NCBI GenBank assembly: GCA_013265495.1
Contig: MU061578.1
Location: 3,171,308-3,233,307 of the forward strand
From: Vicugna vicugna
Taxonomy: Eukaryota
DNA: 62,000 nucleotides
Direction: 5' to 3'
This document shows, one piece after another, positions 27,533 through 39,600 of the stretch; within the stretch, counting starts at the first letter, position 1, and each line of letters opens with the position of its first letter. Under the pieces are notes generated by a model. That model saw only the letters and a program-made list of their open reading frames with translations. It did not search any database and was not told the origin of the DNA. Both the position numbers and the translations under genes were made by a program.

Positions 27533-28329
27533 TGAGAAGGATAGGTATTAATTCTTCTCTAAATGTTTGGTAGAATTTGCCTGTCAAGCCATCTGGTTCT
27601 GGACTTTTGTTTGTTGGGAGTTGTAAAATTACTGATTTGATTTCAGTCCTGGTAATTGGTCTGTTCATAGTTCCTGTTTCTTCCCGGTTCAGTCTTGGGA
27701 GACTGTACCTTTCTAAGAATTTGTCCATTTCTTCTATGTTGTCCATTTTATTGGTATATAGTTATTTGTAGTAGTCTCTTATGGATCCTTTGTATTTCCG
27801 TAGTCTCTGTGTGTTTTTTAAATAGATTTTATTTTAAGAGAAGTGTTAGATTCACAGCAAAATTGAGCAGAAGGTACTGCAAGTTCCCATATACTTTGTC
27901 CCTAAATATGCTTAGACTCCTCCACTATCAACATCATGCACCAGACCATGTGGTACATTTGTTACAACTGATGAACCTACATCATCATCACCCAGAGTCC
28001 ACAGTTGACATTAGACTTAACTCTCGGTGTTGTACATTCTGTGAGTTTGGACAAATGTTTAATGATGTATATCCACCACTATAGCGTCATACAAGGTAGT
28101 TTCACTGCCCTAAAAGTCCTCTGTGATCTGTGTATTCATCCCTCTCTCTCCCCAACCCCAAACAACCACTGATCTTTTCACTGTTTCCATAGTTTTGTCT
28201 TTTCCAGCATGTTATATAGTTGGAATCATACCATATGTAGCCTTTTAAAACAGGCTTCTTTCCCTAAGTGATATGCATTTAAGTTTCCTCTATGTCATTT
28301 CAGGGTTTGATGGCTCATTTCTTTCTTTC

Positions 28330-28465
28330 TTTCTTTTTTTTTTTAATCTTTGTTTTGGGGTGGGATTAGGTTTATTTACTTACTTATTTAATGGAGGTAC
28401 TGGGGATTAAACTCAGGACCTTGTGCATGGTAAGCACATACTCTACCACTGAGTTATACCCTCCC
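28330..28465 (-). mobile_element. tRNA-Ala-derived SINE
   Basis: GGAGGTACTGGGGATTAAACTCAGGACCTTGTGCATGGTAAGC...CTACCACTGAGTTATACCC with T-rich tail. Confidence 0.8.
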
Positions 28466-29739
28466 ATTCATTTCTTTTTTTATTTATGAATAATATTCCA
28501 TTGTCTGGATGTACCACCATTTATTTATCCATTTACCTACTAAAGACACCTGTTGTTTTCAAGTTTTGGCAATTTTTGAATAAAGTTGCTATATAAACAT
28601 CCATGTGCAAGTTTTTTGTGGACAGAAGTTTCCAACTCATCTGAGTAAATACCAAGGATCATGACTGTCACATCACATGGTAAGAGTATGTTTAGTTTTG
28701 TAAGAAACCACCAAACTGTCTTCCAAAGATGCAGTTATTTTGCATTCCCACCAGCAACGAATGAGAGTTCCTGTTGCTCCACACTCTTGCCAGTGTTTGG
28801 TGTTGTCAGTGTTTTAGATTTGGGCCATTTTAATATCTTTGTGGTGTTTCTTATGAAGTTCTTCATTTTAATGCAGTTGAATTTGTCAATCTTTTCCTTT
28901 ATGATTAGTGCCTTTTTTGCCTAAAGAAATTCTTCCCCTTAGAAGGCCATGCTTATATTTTCTTATCTTCCAAAAGCTTTGTAGATTTGCCTTTCATATT
29001 TAGGTCTTTGATCTGCCTGAAGTTTATTTCTCTGTATGTAGGATTAGGTCTCTCTCTCTCTTTTTTTTCTAGATGGATACCTGATTGACCTAGTCCTATT
29101 TATTGAAAAGCTCCATTTCCAACTGGTTGGCAGTGGCATCTCAATAGTATTTTACATGCTCATACATATATGAGTCTGTTTCTAGACTCTGCATCCTGTT
29201 CCCCTGGACTATTTGTCAATCTTTGGGCCAGTACAGGGACAGAATTACTACAGCTCCATAACAAGGGTTGATATGTCACAGAATAAGCCCCCTTGCCCTC
29301 ATCTATTTCAAGGGGTTTGGGTAGCCTGGCCCTTTACATTTACATATTATATTTCAAGCGAGCTTGTCAAGACCACGAAACAACCATTGGGATGTTGACC
29401 TGCAAGTCAAGGTGAGGAAAGCTGACCACTGGCCTCTCTGTGGTCCCTGGGCCCTTGCTCTATCTGAAGGGTTCAGTGGTGCAGGGCAGGATGTCTAAGT
29501 AGTCCTAAGTCTCAGAAGGAAGTAGGGCTGCCCTGCCAGGAGGGAGCTGACTGTGAACAACTTGGAGACAAGGAAATCATGCATAAAGTGGTTCAGAGAC
29601 CATGCTGGGGTCAGAATGATCAGGCTGAGCAGGACTAGCCACTTCCTCCATCACACCTGACAAGGACGGAGCTTGAGAGAAGGGGCATTGCAGGCCAGCA
29701 TCACTTGCGCCAAATCTAGCTGGCACGAGGTGGGAGGGA

Positions 29740-30247
29740 AGAAATCAGTCTTCAACAGATATGCGGCGGGTGGGTGGGGGTTTAATCCACACTAAACCTG
29801 ATGTGGGACAGTTGAAAATGATCTGAGAGCCAGGACATCTGCTCCTTAAGAAATGGGGGAGGAGAGTCTAGAAATGTGGTCATGGAGAAGTAAAAACTGT
29901 GCCAATACGTTGATAAAGTGCTTCCACATTCAGTAATGTAATGTTCAGGAAGTAATGATGGAGAAATGAATAGGCTGGTGTTTCTGCTCTGCTGTGTTCC
30001 AACGTGCTCATGAAGTACTTCCGCCTGGTCCCTCCCTGCCTGGGGCTGGGTTTCCCAGACACATTCCCTGATGAGGACTTGTGTGAAACCGTGAGAGGGA
30101 TGTTTTAGGATGCATCCCCAGAGAACACGCAAGGTGAGTAAGAAGCGGTCTGGAAAGGGAGGATAAGAAGGCTGCAGGTCATGGAACTCTGGCTCAATCT
30201 GCCAGGAATCTTTGAAGACCAAGCAGGTCACACCCCAGAAATGTCAC
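29740..30247 (-). mobile_element. Probable ERV LTR fragment
   Basis: Composition differs from flanking L1; ends ...AAATGTCACA (TG start on minus); family uncertain. Confidence 0.4.
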
Positions 30248-30259
30248 AATCTGGGAGCC

Positions 30260-33200
30260 GGGAGAATTTAAAGTTTACGGTTCAATGGTTTTTGGTATAT
30301 TCACATATATGTGTCACCATCACCACAGTCAATTTCAGAACATTTTCATCTCCTGACAGAGAAACTCTACCCTTAGCAATCACCCTCCCATTTCCCTATC
30401 ACTCCCACCCCTGCCCTAAGCAACCATGTTTATTACTGTCTCTATAGACTTCTCTGTTCTGTATATTCATATAGGTGGAATCATACAATATGTGGCCTTT
30501 GTGACCACTTCTTTCACTCAGCATGTTTCTGAGGTTCATTCAGGTTACAGCATTTGTCAGCACTTTATTCCTTTGACGGCCAAATAGTACTCCTTTGCAC
30601 AGACAGACCACATTCTGTTATCCATTCATCAGCTGATAGACACATGGCTTGTTTCCACCTTTGGCTGTTGTAAACAATGCTGCTGCGAACATTTGTGTGC
30701 AAATGTTTATGGACATAAGCTTTCATTTCTGTTGGGTTTATACCTGGAAGGAGAATTGCTGAGTCATATAATTTTATTTTATTTATGTATTGAATTGAAG
30801 TATAATCGATTTACAATGTTGTGTTAGTTTCTAGTGTACAGGATAGTGATTCAGATATAAACATATATATATATATTCTTTTTCATATCCTTTTCCATTC
30901 TAGTTTATTACAAGACATTGAATGTTCCCTGTGCTATGCAGTAGGACTTTGTTGTTTATCTATTTTACATATAGTTATCTGCTAATCCCAGATTCCTAAT
31001 TCACCCCTCCCTCTGCTTCCCTTTTGGTAACCATAAGTTTGTTTTCTATGCCTCTGAATCTGTCTCTGTTTTGTAAATAAGTTCATTTACATCATATTTT
31101 AGATTCCACATTTAAGTGGTATCATACGATATTTATCTTTCTCTGACTTACTTCACTTAGTATGATAATCTCTAGGTCCATCCATGTTGCTGCAAATGGC
31201 ATTATTTCATTCTTTTTTATGGCTGAAGACTATTCCATTATATATATATATATATATAATATATATATGATCTTCTTTATCCATTTATCTGCCAATAGAC
31301 ACAGTTTGCTTCTATGTCTTAGCTATTATAAACGGTGCTGCTATGAACATTGGGGTGTGTGTACTTTTTCTAATTAATTTTCTCCCGATTTTTGCCCGAT
31401 TTTTGGAGTGGGATTGCAGGATTGTATGGTAACTCTATTTTTAGTTTTTTAAGGACTCTCCATACTATTGTCCACAGTGGCCGCACCAAACTTTGCATTC
31501 CCACCAAAACTGTAGGAGTTTTCCCTTTCCTCCACACTATCTCCAGCATTTATTATTTGTGGACTTTTTGGTGATGGCCATTTGGACCAATGTGAGGTAA
31601 TTCCTCACTGTAGTTTTGATTTGCATTTTTCTGATGATTAGCAATATTGAGCATCTCTTCATGTGCCTGTTGGCCATCTGTGTGTCTTCTTTGGAGAAAT
31701 GTCTGTTTAGGTCTTCTGCCCAGTTTTTTATTGGCTTGTTCAGTTTGTTGTTGTTGTTGTTGCTGTTACTGAGTTGTATAAGCTGTTTGTATATTCTGGA
31801 AATTAAGCCCTTGTCAGTCGCATTGTTTGCAAATATTTTCTCTCAGTCTGTAGGTTATCTTTTTCTTTGGTTTATGATTTCCTTTGCTGTACAAAAGTTT
31901 ATAAGTTTAATTAGGTCTCATTTGTTTATTTTTGTTTTTACTTCTATTGCCTTGGTAGACTGACCTAGGAGAACATTGCTGTGATTCATGTCAGAGGATG
32001 TTTTGCCTATGTTCTCTTCTAGGAGATTAATGGTGTCCTATCTTATGTTTAAGTCTTTAAGCCATTTATTTTTGTGTATGGTGTGAGGGAGTATTCATTG
32101 ATTTACATGCAGCTGTCTAGCTATCCCAACACCACTTGCTGAAGAGACTGTCTTTTTTCCATTGCATACTCTTGCCTTCTTTTTCAAAGATTGATTGACT
32201 ATGTAAGTTTATTTCTGGGCTCTCTTTTTTGTTCTATTGATCTATGTCTGTTTTTGCGCCAATACCATGCTGTTTTGATGACTACAGGTTTTATATAAAT
32301 TTATTTTTAATCATTTGAGAAACTACCAGACTATTTTCCAAAGGGCTACATTATTTTATATTCCTATCAGTAATGCAGGATGGCTCCAGTTTCTCCACAT
32401 CTTTGCCAACACTTGTTATTATGACTTTTTGGTTCTAACCATCCTAGTGGGTATGACGTGGTCTCTCAGGGCTTTGATTTGCATTTCCCAGAGGACTAAT
32501 GACGTTGAGCATCTTTTCATGTGCTTGTTGGCCATTTGTGTGTCTTCCTTGGAAAAATGTCTATTTATGCCCATTTTAAACTTAGGTTGTCTTTTTATTA
32601 TTGAGTGTAAGAGTTTTTTATATATTCTAGATAGAAGTCCCTTATCAGATATATGATTTGCAACTATTTCTTCCCATTCTGTGGGTTGTTTTTTTACTTT
32701 CTTGATAGTGTCCTCTGAAGCACAAAAGTTCCTCATTTTTACAAAGTTCAATTTATCTATTTTAAAAATTTTATTGCTCATGTTTTTGATGTTATATCTA
32801 AGAATCCTCTGCGAAATCCAAACTCATGAACAGCTACCCCTACATTTCCTTCTAAGGGTTTTATAGTTTTAGTTCTTATGTTGTGGTCATTGATCCATTC
32901 TGAGTTGACTTTTCAAAATGATGTGAGATAAGGGTCCAACTTCAGTCTTTACATCTGACTATTCAGTTGTCCCAGCACCATTTGTTGAAAAGACTGTCTC
33001 TCACTGAATAATCTTGGCCTCCTTGGTAAAGTCAGTTAACTATAGATGTATGGATTATTTCTGGACTCTCAATACTGTTCCATTAATCTGTATATGTTTA
33101 TCCTTGTGCCAGTACAACACTGACTTGCTTACTGTTGTTTTGTAGTATGTTTTGAAATCAGGAAGTGTGATTTCTCTTGCTTTGGTCTTCTTTTTCGGGA

Positions 33201-33900
33201 GATTCTAATTATTCTGAGTCTCCTGCAAACCCAGTGAAATTTAGAATCACCTTATCAATTTCTACAAAGTCAGTTTAGGGTTTTGTGAGGGACTTAGCTA
33301 AATCTGTAGATCAGTTAGAGGAATATTGTTATATTAACAATGTTAAGTCTTTCAATCCATGAATATGGGATGTTTTCCCCTTTATTTAGATTTTCTGTAA
33401 TTTCTTTCAACAATGGTTTGTGGTTTTTAGAGTATAAGAAATTAAAAGGGAAATGAGAAAATACTTTGAGATCAATGAAAATGAAGACATATCAAAACTT
33501 ATGGAATACAGTTAAAGCAGTGTTTAGAGGGAAATTTATAGCTACTAATGTATATACTAAGAAAGAAAAAATATTTTAAAATAATAACCTAATCTCCCAT
33601 TGTAAGACAGCAGAAAAAGAAAGTCATTTGTATTCAACATTGTACTGAAGATTCTAGCCAGAGCAATTAATTAAGAAAATGAAATAAAAGGCATCCAGAT
33701 TGGGAAGGAAGAAGTAAAGCTATCTGTATTTCCATCTGACAATCTGGTATCCTGAGGAATCCACTATTGGAACTAACAAGTGAGCTCAGCAAAGTTGCAG
33801 GGCACAAGATCTATACACAAAACTCAGTTATATTTTTATACAATTGCAATGAACAATTGAAAATGAAATTAAGAAAACAATTCCACCCACAGCAGCATAA
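30260..33900 (-). mobile_element. L1MB-type antisense LINE-1 with nested younger L1 (~30780-32290); sense L1 ORF2 fragments 33440-33900
   Basis: ORF 32419-32781 (KKQPTEWEEIVANHISDKGLLSRIYK...HMKRCSTSL) is the L1 ORF2 C-terminus; TSD-like ATATAA-TTTATTT flanks the nested copy. Confidence 0.85.
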
Positions 33901-34635
33901 AAGAGTATATATGCTTTTCCAAAAACTCCTTACGTAAGATCTCCATTAGATCTCATATTTCAACAGTAGGATGCCAGGATCCCAACCCTAACAATATTGT
34001 AATATGAGAATACCTGTGCTTTCTGTTTGTGTTAAAGTCACAGGCACTGCAAGAGGGTTAAATATGCTAAATTCCTTCAGTTAGAGGAATGCAGTTACTT
34101 CAGAGGCCAGTTGAGAATAAAGGGGGGATGCATGCCCATTTTAGACTTAGGTTGTCTTTTTGTTATTGAGTGTAAGAGTTTTTTTTATATATTCTAGATA
34201 TGTCTCCCCATCCAAATGCAGGGATGCCCTGTCTGACCTTGCCTGACAATCTGCGTCCACCTTGGATCCCCCTGGCAAAATGGAGGGTGTTATTTCTTAG
34301 GGAGACCCGGGCGGGAGAAGGTAACTCCGGAGAAGCCGGCCCTGCTGCCAGGACAACAGCACACTCCAAGACAGGTGCAGAAGTACTTGCATGGATTTAA
34401 AATGATATTTAAGGACTGCGTTGGTATAAACATGAGTACAATCCATGCTGAGCTCATTATTATTTTTTTTCCTTCTGAATTTAACAGAAATTGACATTAA
34501 ACACTTCCCAGGGGCCCTGTGAGTGAAGCAGGGTCTGAGAGAGGTCACAGGGCTTGGGGCCTTGGCAGGGATGGGGGGATGAGGNNNNNNNNNNNNNNNN
34601 NNNNNNNNNNNNNNNNNNNNNNNNNNNNNNNNNNN

Positions 34636-35150
34636 CCCCCTCCTTCCCCTCACTCCACCCACCCCTCTCCTCCCTCCTCTTCCCCTGCCGCCTTCCTCCC
34701 TCTCTCCCTCCACTCCTCCCCCTCCCTCCCTTGGCCTCTCCCCTGCGCGCTCTGCCCACGCCTGAGGGCAGGGAGTCATGGGCCGCCTCTCTGCCCGCGC
34801 TGCGCTGCGGGGGCTGCTGTGCGGCGTGCGGGCCCCAGGCCCCAAGCTGCTCGCGCGCCCCAGCTCGGGTGAGTTTGCTCGCCCGGCGGCCACGCGTTGG
34901 GAGGGGCGGGCGGAGGCGCCGCCGGCCTTTGCTGGCGCACGTGCGGGCCCTGGGACTGGGGGTCGGAGGCCTTGCAGCAAGAGGGCTAGAGCTGCACGCC
35001 CTTCGGCTTCCCTCCGGGCCCAGGCCCTGCGCGAACTACCCCCAAACTCCCTCCAACCCTTCACCCCACCCCCAGCCCCGCCGGGCTCACTATCTCCCCG
35101 CCCCCGACTTCCCCGCTCACCTCCAAAGCTGGGCTCGGGTCAGGCGGGGC
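34636..35150 (+). promoter_or_regulatory. NME4 CpG-island promoter with upstream C-rich polypyrimidine tract
   Basis: CpG-rich exon 1/intron 1; C/T tract 34636-34745 next to a 51-nt N gap. Confidence 0.7.
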
Positions 35151-37886
35151 TTCAGGGCTCCTGAGCAGGAGGAAGCCAGAAAGGCCTGGTGGCCATAATG
35201 AGTGGGGGTCCAAGGGAACCCAGGGCTACTGAGGGTGGTCACTCTCAGCTGATGAACACTCCTCCTAGAGCGTTTTTCCACCTGGCACATCCTCGCCTGG
35301 AGCCCTGCAGGTTTCTGCAGGGTCCTCCCGCCCTAGCTGTGAGCCCTCAGGCCCTTCCCGATCTGCAGATGTCCTGTTGTTCTAAACGCTGGCAAGAGTG
35401 AACTGCCACTGTCTGAGGCACGAGCCAGCTGGCAGCAGGCCAGGCGAGGCAGCGGACCACAAGCACTGGGCTTTGTGGGAATGAAGGAAGGGGGCTTCCT
35501 CCAGCAGGCTTAATTGAAGGGATGTGGTGGGCACCTACTGCCTGCCTTCCAGGCCCCACACAGGCTATGGTTAATTTTCCTCCTGGGGATAGGAAGGCAG
35601 CTGCACATGCCCCCCAGGGACACTGGCCCTCCTGGACCCTACTTCTCATTTCTCCTCCAGTTCTCTCCTTCTTACTTGCTAGACATCCAGGGCCTGGGTT
35701 CCTCTCAAAACACTCTTGACCCTAGACCCAATGCCAAGGGTCATTGTAACTCTGGAAGTGGCTTGGGGCTCTCTGGCAGTGTCTCCCTGTGGGGAGGATG
35801 AAGGCTGGGGCAGAGTTCAGAGTTGACCTTGGGTCTGAAAGTGTTCCACCTTGAAACACCACAGCCCCCTGGCCAGCGAAGGTGTGAGAGAAGGAGCCCT
35901 CTCAAGTCTCCCCACCTGCAGACAAGACCCCCCCCTACCTTTCTCCTAAGTCCCCAGGTCACTATGTCCCTGTGTCTGTGGCTAACCTGGTAGGAAAACT
36001 GCACTCCATTCTCATTGTCTCCCTGCCATTCCTTCACTTCAGACCCAGAAGTTAGGCACGGGGTCCCTCCTGATGTGGCAGGTTGGGGGTTCCAGCAGTG
36101 TGTGCTAGCACCTCGAAGGACAGGAGTGAAAATCAGGCCATGAGTTGTACTTTCTGGTGCAGCATCTCTGGCACTCTGGGTGGCCACTGAACTGGACTGT
36201 GCCTCCCCAACCCTCCAAGCTCGCTAAGATAGATGCCTTCTCAGGGGATACCACCTCCCTCATGGGCAGCGTCTGCCACTGCCATGGAAGGACCCATTGC
36301 CCTGATTGTCACTGAGAACATGCCAGACAGCCCTGGCTGTGGGCACCACACTTCTCCCCTCCAGAGCTGCTCTGGTTGAGGCAGACATGCTGAAGCCCAA
36401 AGGACACCTGGGTCTTGGCAGGGGAACCAGGTCTGGAGGACCTGAGAGGGTGTGGCTACAGCAACCCTGAACCCCCCTCTTCTAAAGGAGGACCCTCCTG
36501 GACCCGGGAGCGGACCCTGGTTGCGGTGAAGCCAGATGGGGTGCAGCGGCGCCTCGTCGGAGATGTGATCCAGCGCTTTGAGAGGAGGGGCTTCAAGCTG
36601 GTGGGGATGAAAATGCTGCAGGTACCAAGGCTTTCAGCCGGGCCTATGGGTGTCCCTGAAGGCACTGGGGTGGAAGGGCTTCTCATGGACCTCAGCCCTT
36701 CACATCTCAGCCCTGCTTTGGGACAGTCGGTATGCTGGTGTTGGAAACAGAAAGGGAGGGGTGGGGAGGTGCCAGCCCATGTAAGTGCCATCTGCAAAGG
36801 GCCATCTGGGTCAGGACAGCACAGTCACAGCCCCAGTGTCTGGGGGTTCCCTCTCCAGGGGCTCCTCTCACTCCTCCCCTAATGTACCCAGGCATCAGAG
36901 AGCGTCCTTGCTGAGCACTACCACGACCTGCAGAGGAAGCCCTTCTACCCAGCCCTCATCAGCTACATGAGCTCCGGCCCAGTGGTGGCCATGGTATGGT
37001 GGCAGGGGTGGTGGAAGGGGCAGAGGGCCCTGTACTGAGCCCAGAGCCGCTGAGCCCTTGATGACCCTCTCCCAGCTCTCTCACCCTCCTTTATCTTTGT
37101 GCTGCAGGTCTGGGAAGGCCCCAATGTGGTCTGCACCTCGAGAGCCATGATAGGACATACTAACTCAGCTGAGGCTGCCCCCGGCACCATTCGGGGAGAC
37201 TTCAGCATCCACATCAGCAGGTACTGGGGCCCTGGTACACTCAGCACTTGGAGCTGAGGGCTAGCTCACTAGGGATTGAGGAGGGCCCGGGTTTGGGGTG
37301 GCAGCCTACTCCTAAGGCAGATCTATTGGACCTGGGTCTCTTGCTGGGGGAAGGTAAAGCCAGAAGAGACTTTGATGGTGGGACATACACCTAACATTTC
37401 CTAGTGCAATATTTTTTAAATCCTTTCATGCACATAGGTGACGATAAAGGATTACCTTTTTGTTGTGTTTGTGCTCTGCCATCACATCTGTTACCTCACT
37501 CGGTGTTGCCAGACACTCCAGGGGGCTGGCACAGGACGCATGGTCTGGGCTGGTCCTTGAGGTTGTGGGTAAGGAGCCGAGGCCAGGCTGGAATCCAGGT
37601 TTCCAGCTCCCCTATTCTTCCTTTCCACTCTACACAATCACCTGACTTGCTCCCCTAGACAGTAGGGGATCAGCAGACTGTCCTGGGACCCCCAAGGTGC
37701 ACACTGAAGAAGGTACACACTGAAGTCTGTGCTCTACCTCTGCTGCCTTTCATTTGGGACAGGAATGTCATCCATGCCAGTGACTCTGTGGAGGGAGCCC
37801 AGAGGGAGATCCAGCTGTGGTTCGAGAGCAGTGAGCTGGTGGACTGGGCAGACGAAGGCCACCGCAGCAGCACCTACCCAGCCTGA
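34778..37886 (+). CDS. NME4: Mitochondrial nucleoside diphosphate kinase D (NDPK-D), 187 aa; coding exons 34778-34868, 36488-36621, 36892-36993, 37108-37220, 37763-37886
   Basis: Arg-rich targeting peptide [48 protein letters not shown] (catalytic His151), R90 and Kpn-loop S129 as in NME4. Lengths 91+134+102+113+124=564 nt. Confidence 0.97.
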
Positions 37887-38174
37887 ACACTCAGGCTGCC
37901 CTTGGTCCCTTCAGCATCCACCCAGAACCAACTACCTCTGTCAACAAGAACTGAAGCTCACTCCCATGCTCTGCCCATCCATCCTAGACCACCTCCCTGC
38001 CTACCTACTGCCTGGCCCCAGCCCAGAGGGGTGGAGCCACTAACTTTATGTGCCTTTTAGTATCCTAAGCCAGCAAAAGATTGGATCAAATCCTTTTTGT
38101 ACCAAAGTGCTACACAAGCTTTCGGGTGTCTCCAAAAGTTGGTAGTGTGACCTCCCTTCCCCTAAAGTGGGGAC

Positions 38175-38180
38175 ATTAAA
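38175..38180 (+). terminator. NME4 polyadenylation signal ATTAAA
   Basis: ATTAAA ~290 nt after the stop codon, followed by GT-rich sequence. Confidence 0.65.
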
Positions 38181-38949
38181 ATTCAGTGTGCTGTGCATGG
38201 AGGTGGAGTGCTGTTTCTGAGATGCCAATGAGGCCTTTATGCAAAGTTGTAAGCAGTCTGAAAGTAAAAACGAAGCTTACCAAGTCAGTAACTTTGTTGA
38301 ATGTATGAGACAGGCAGTGGTCCAGAGACCTCCAGCCTGAAATCTCGGGAATCCAAGCTGAACCCCAGAATTAGCGCTCTCCCTAGAGGAGGGGCCATAG
38401 GCAGGACTGGAGGGTAGCAGGAAGGGGTAGGCAGGGGGCTACAGCTGCCACCAGGGCAGAAAGCCTGGTGACCATGGCCTCATGAGGTCAAGACTGACTG
38501 GAGCTGCCTGGGGTCCACCTTGACACTACACACATCATTCCTCACAGCTGGTTCTCAGGTGTGCCCCAGTCCCTTGTCCCAGGTACTGGACAGCACATAT
38601 CATTACCCCTCTGCGGGCTGACTTGGTCCTCACTCTTTGAAATTTTGGTGACCGATGTGCTGGTCCTGGAATTCACGGCTTCCGTTGCGACCTGTGCCTC
38701 CACATGAGGGCACGGATGAAATGTCCTGACTTTATCATCCAAGAAGGGGTCATTGTTGGGAGCTGACCCTGGGGCTGGCCATGCTACGGAAAGGCCTTTC
38801 TAGTTTTCAGTGGTTTTTCTGGGCTCTAGTCTCCTTCCTTCTTCTCCTTTGTCACATTTATGCAACAGGGAAGGGTGGTGTCCCATAAGTCAGGGCCTTT
38901 AAATCCTGGGCCTGCCCTACCAAGTGTACCAAGTGCACAGCCAGGCCCA

Positions 38950-39600
38950 CGGTGGTGAGGGAAGCCGAGGGGCCCTCCGCCGGCCTTTGAGCCCCGCCTT
39001 AGCCTGAGAACCAAGTGTCCGCTGTATCCACTTAGGTCCGATCCCCAGCACTGACGCTCAATCTTGTGAAAAGAACTTCGGGAGGGCTCTGAGTCCCAGC
39101 TCCTGGCCTCCGCCACAGGAACCGGCCCACCGCGCTGCGCCTGCGCCCGCTGCGGCTCCGGGTCGGACTTCCAGTCCCAGCGGGCCGCGCGGCTGCGGTG
39201 GGCGTGGTATCCTGGGAGGAGCGCGTGGGACGGGACGTACCGGAAGGGGCCGGAGGGCGGGGCGTCCTGGGAGGAGCCGGGCTCCCTGGGGGCGGGGTGT
39301 CCTGAGGAGGAGGAGCGCGCGCGCCCGCAGAGTGCCGACTGTCCTGGAGGACAGGGTTGTAGTCCTGATCCGGGCGGGTCCCTGATATTCCCGCCATCCC
39401 AGCCCGCACCGAGCGCCATGGCCCAGCCACCGCCCGACGTCAGAGAGGACGACTGTCTCCCGGAGTACCATCACCTCTTCTGTCCAGACTTGCTTCAGTG
39501 AGGGCCGCCAAAGGGGCGCCTGCGGGAGCGGGGCGCTGGCCGACCCGGAGAGCGGAGGGGAGTGGGGACGCACGGGGTGCAGGCCGCACCGGGACTGTGG
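38950..39600 (+). promoter_or_regulatory. DECR2 CpG-island promoter (NRF1, ETS, GC boxes)
   Basis: TGCGCCTGCGC (NRF1-type) 39136-39146; ACCGGAAG 39239-39246; GGGCGGGG boxes. Confidence 0.75.

Larger units (their letters stand above)
26220..29400 (-). mobile_element. Nested antisense LINE-1 fragments (younger L1 3' end 26750-27240, ORF2 RT-region 27250-27810, L1MB-type 27820-29400)
   Basis: ORF-track peptides MDNIEEMDKFLERYSLPRLN and LNSFYKASITLIPKP are L1 ORF2; L1 3' UTR motifs are present. Confidence 0.85.

Noticed and set aside
31162..32866. 60-120 aa ORFs in the AT-rich spacer
   Set aside because: They are sense and antisense translations of broken LINE-1 ORF2/3' UTR.
36931..36939. NME4 QRK instead of the human RRK cardiolipin-binding triad
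   Set aside because: The key R90 is retained, and I recall Q89 in mouse too, so this is not unusual.
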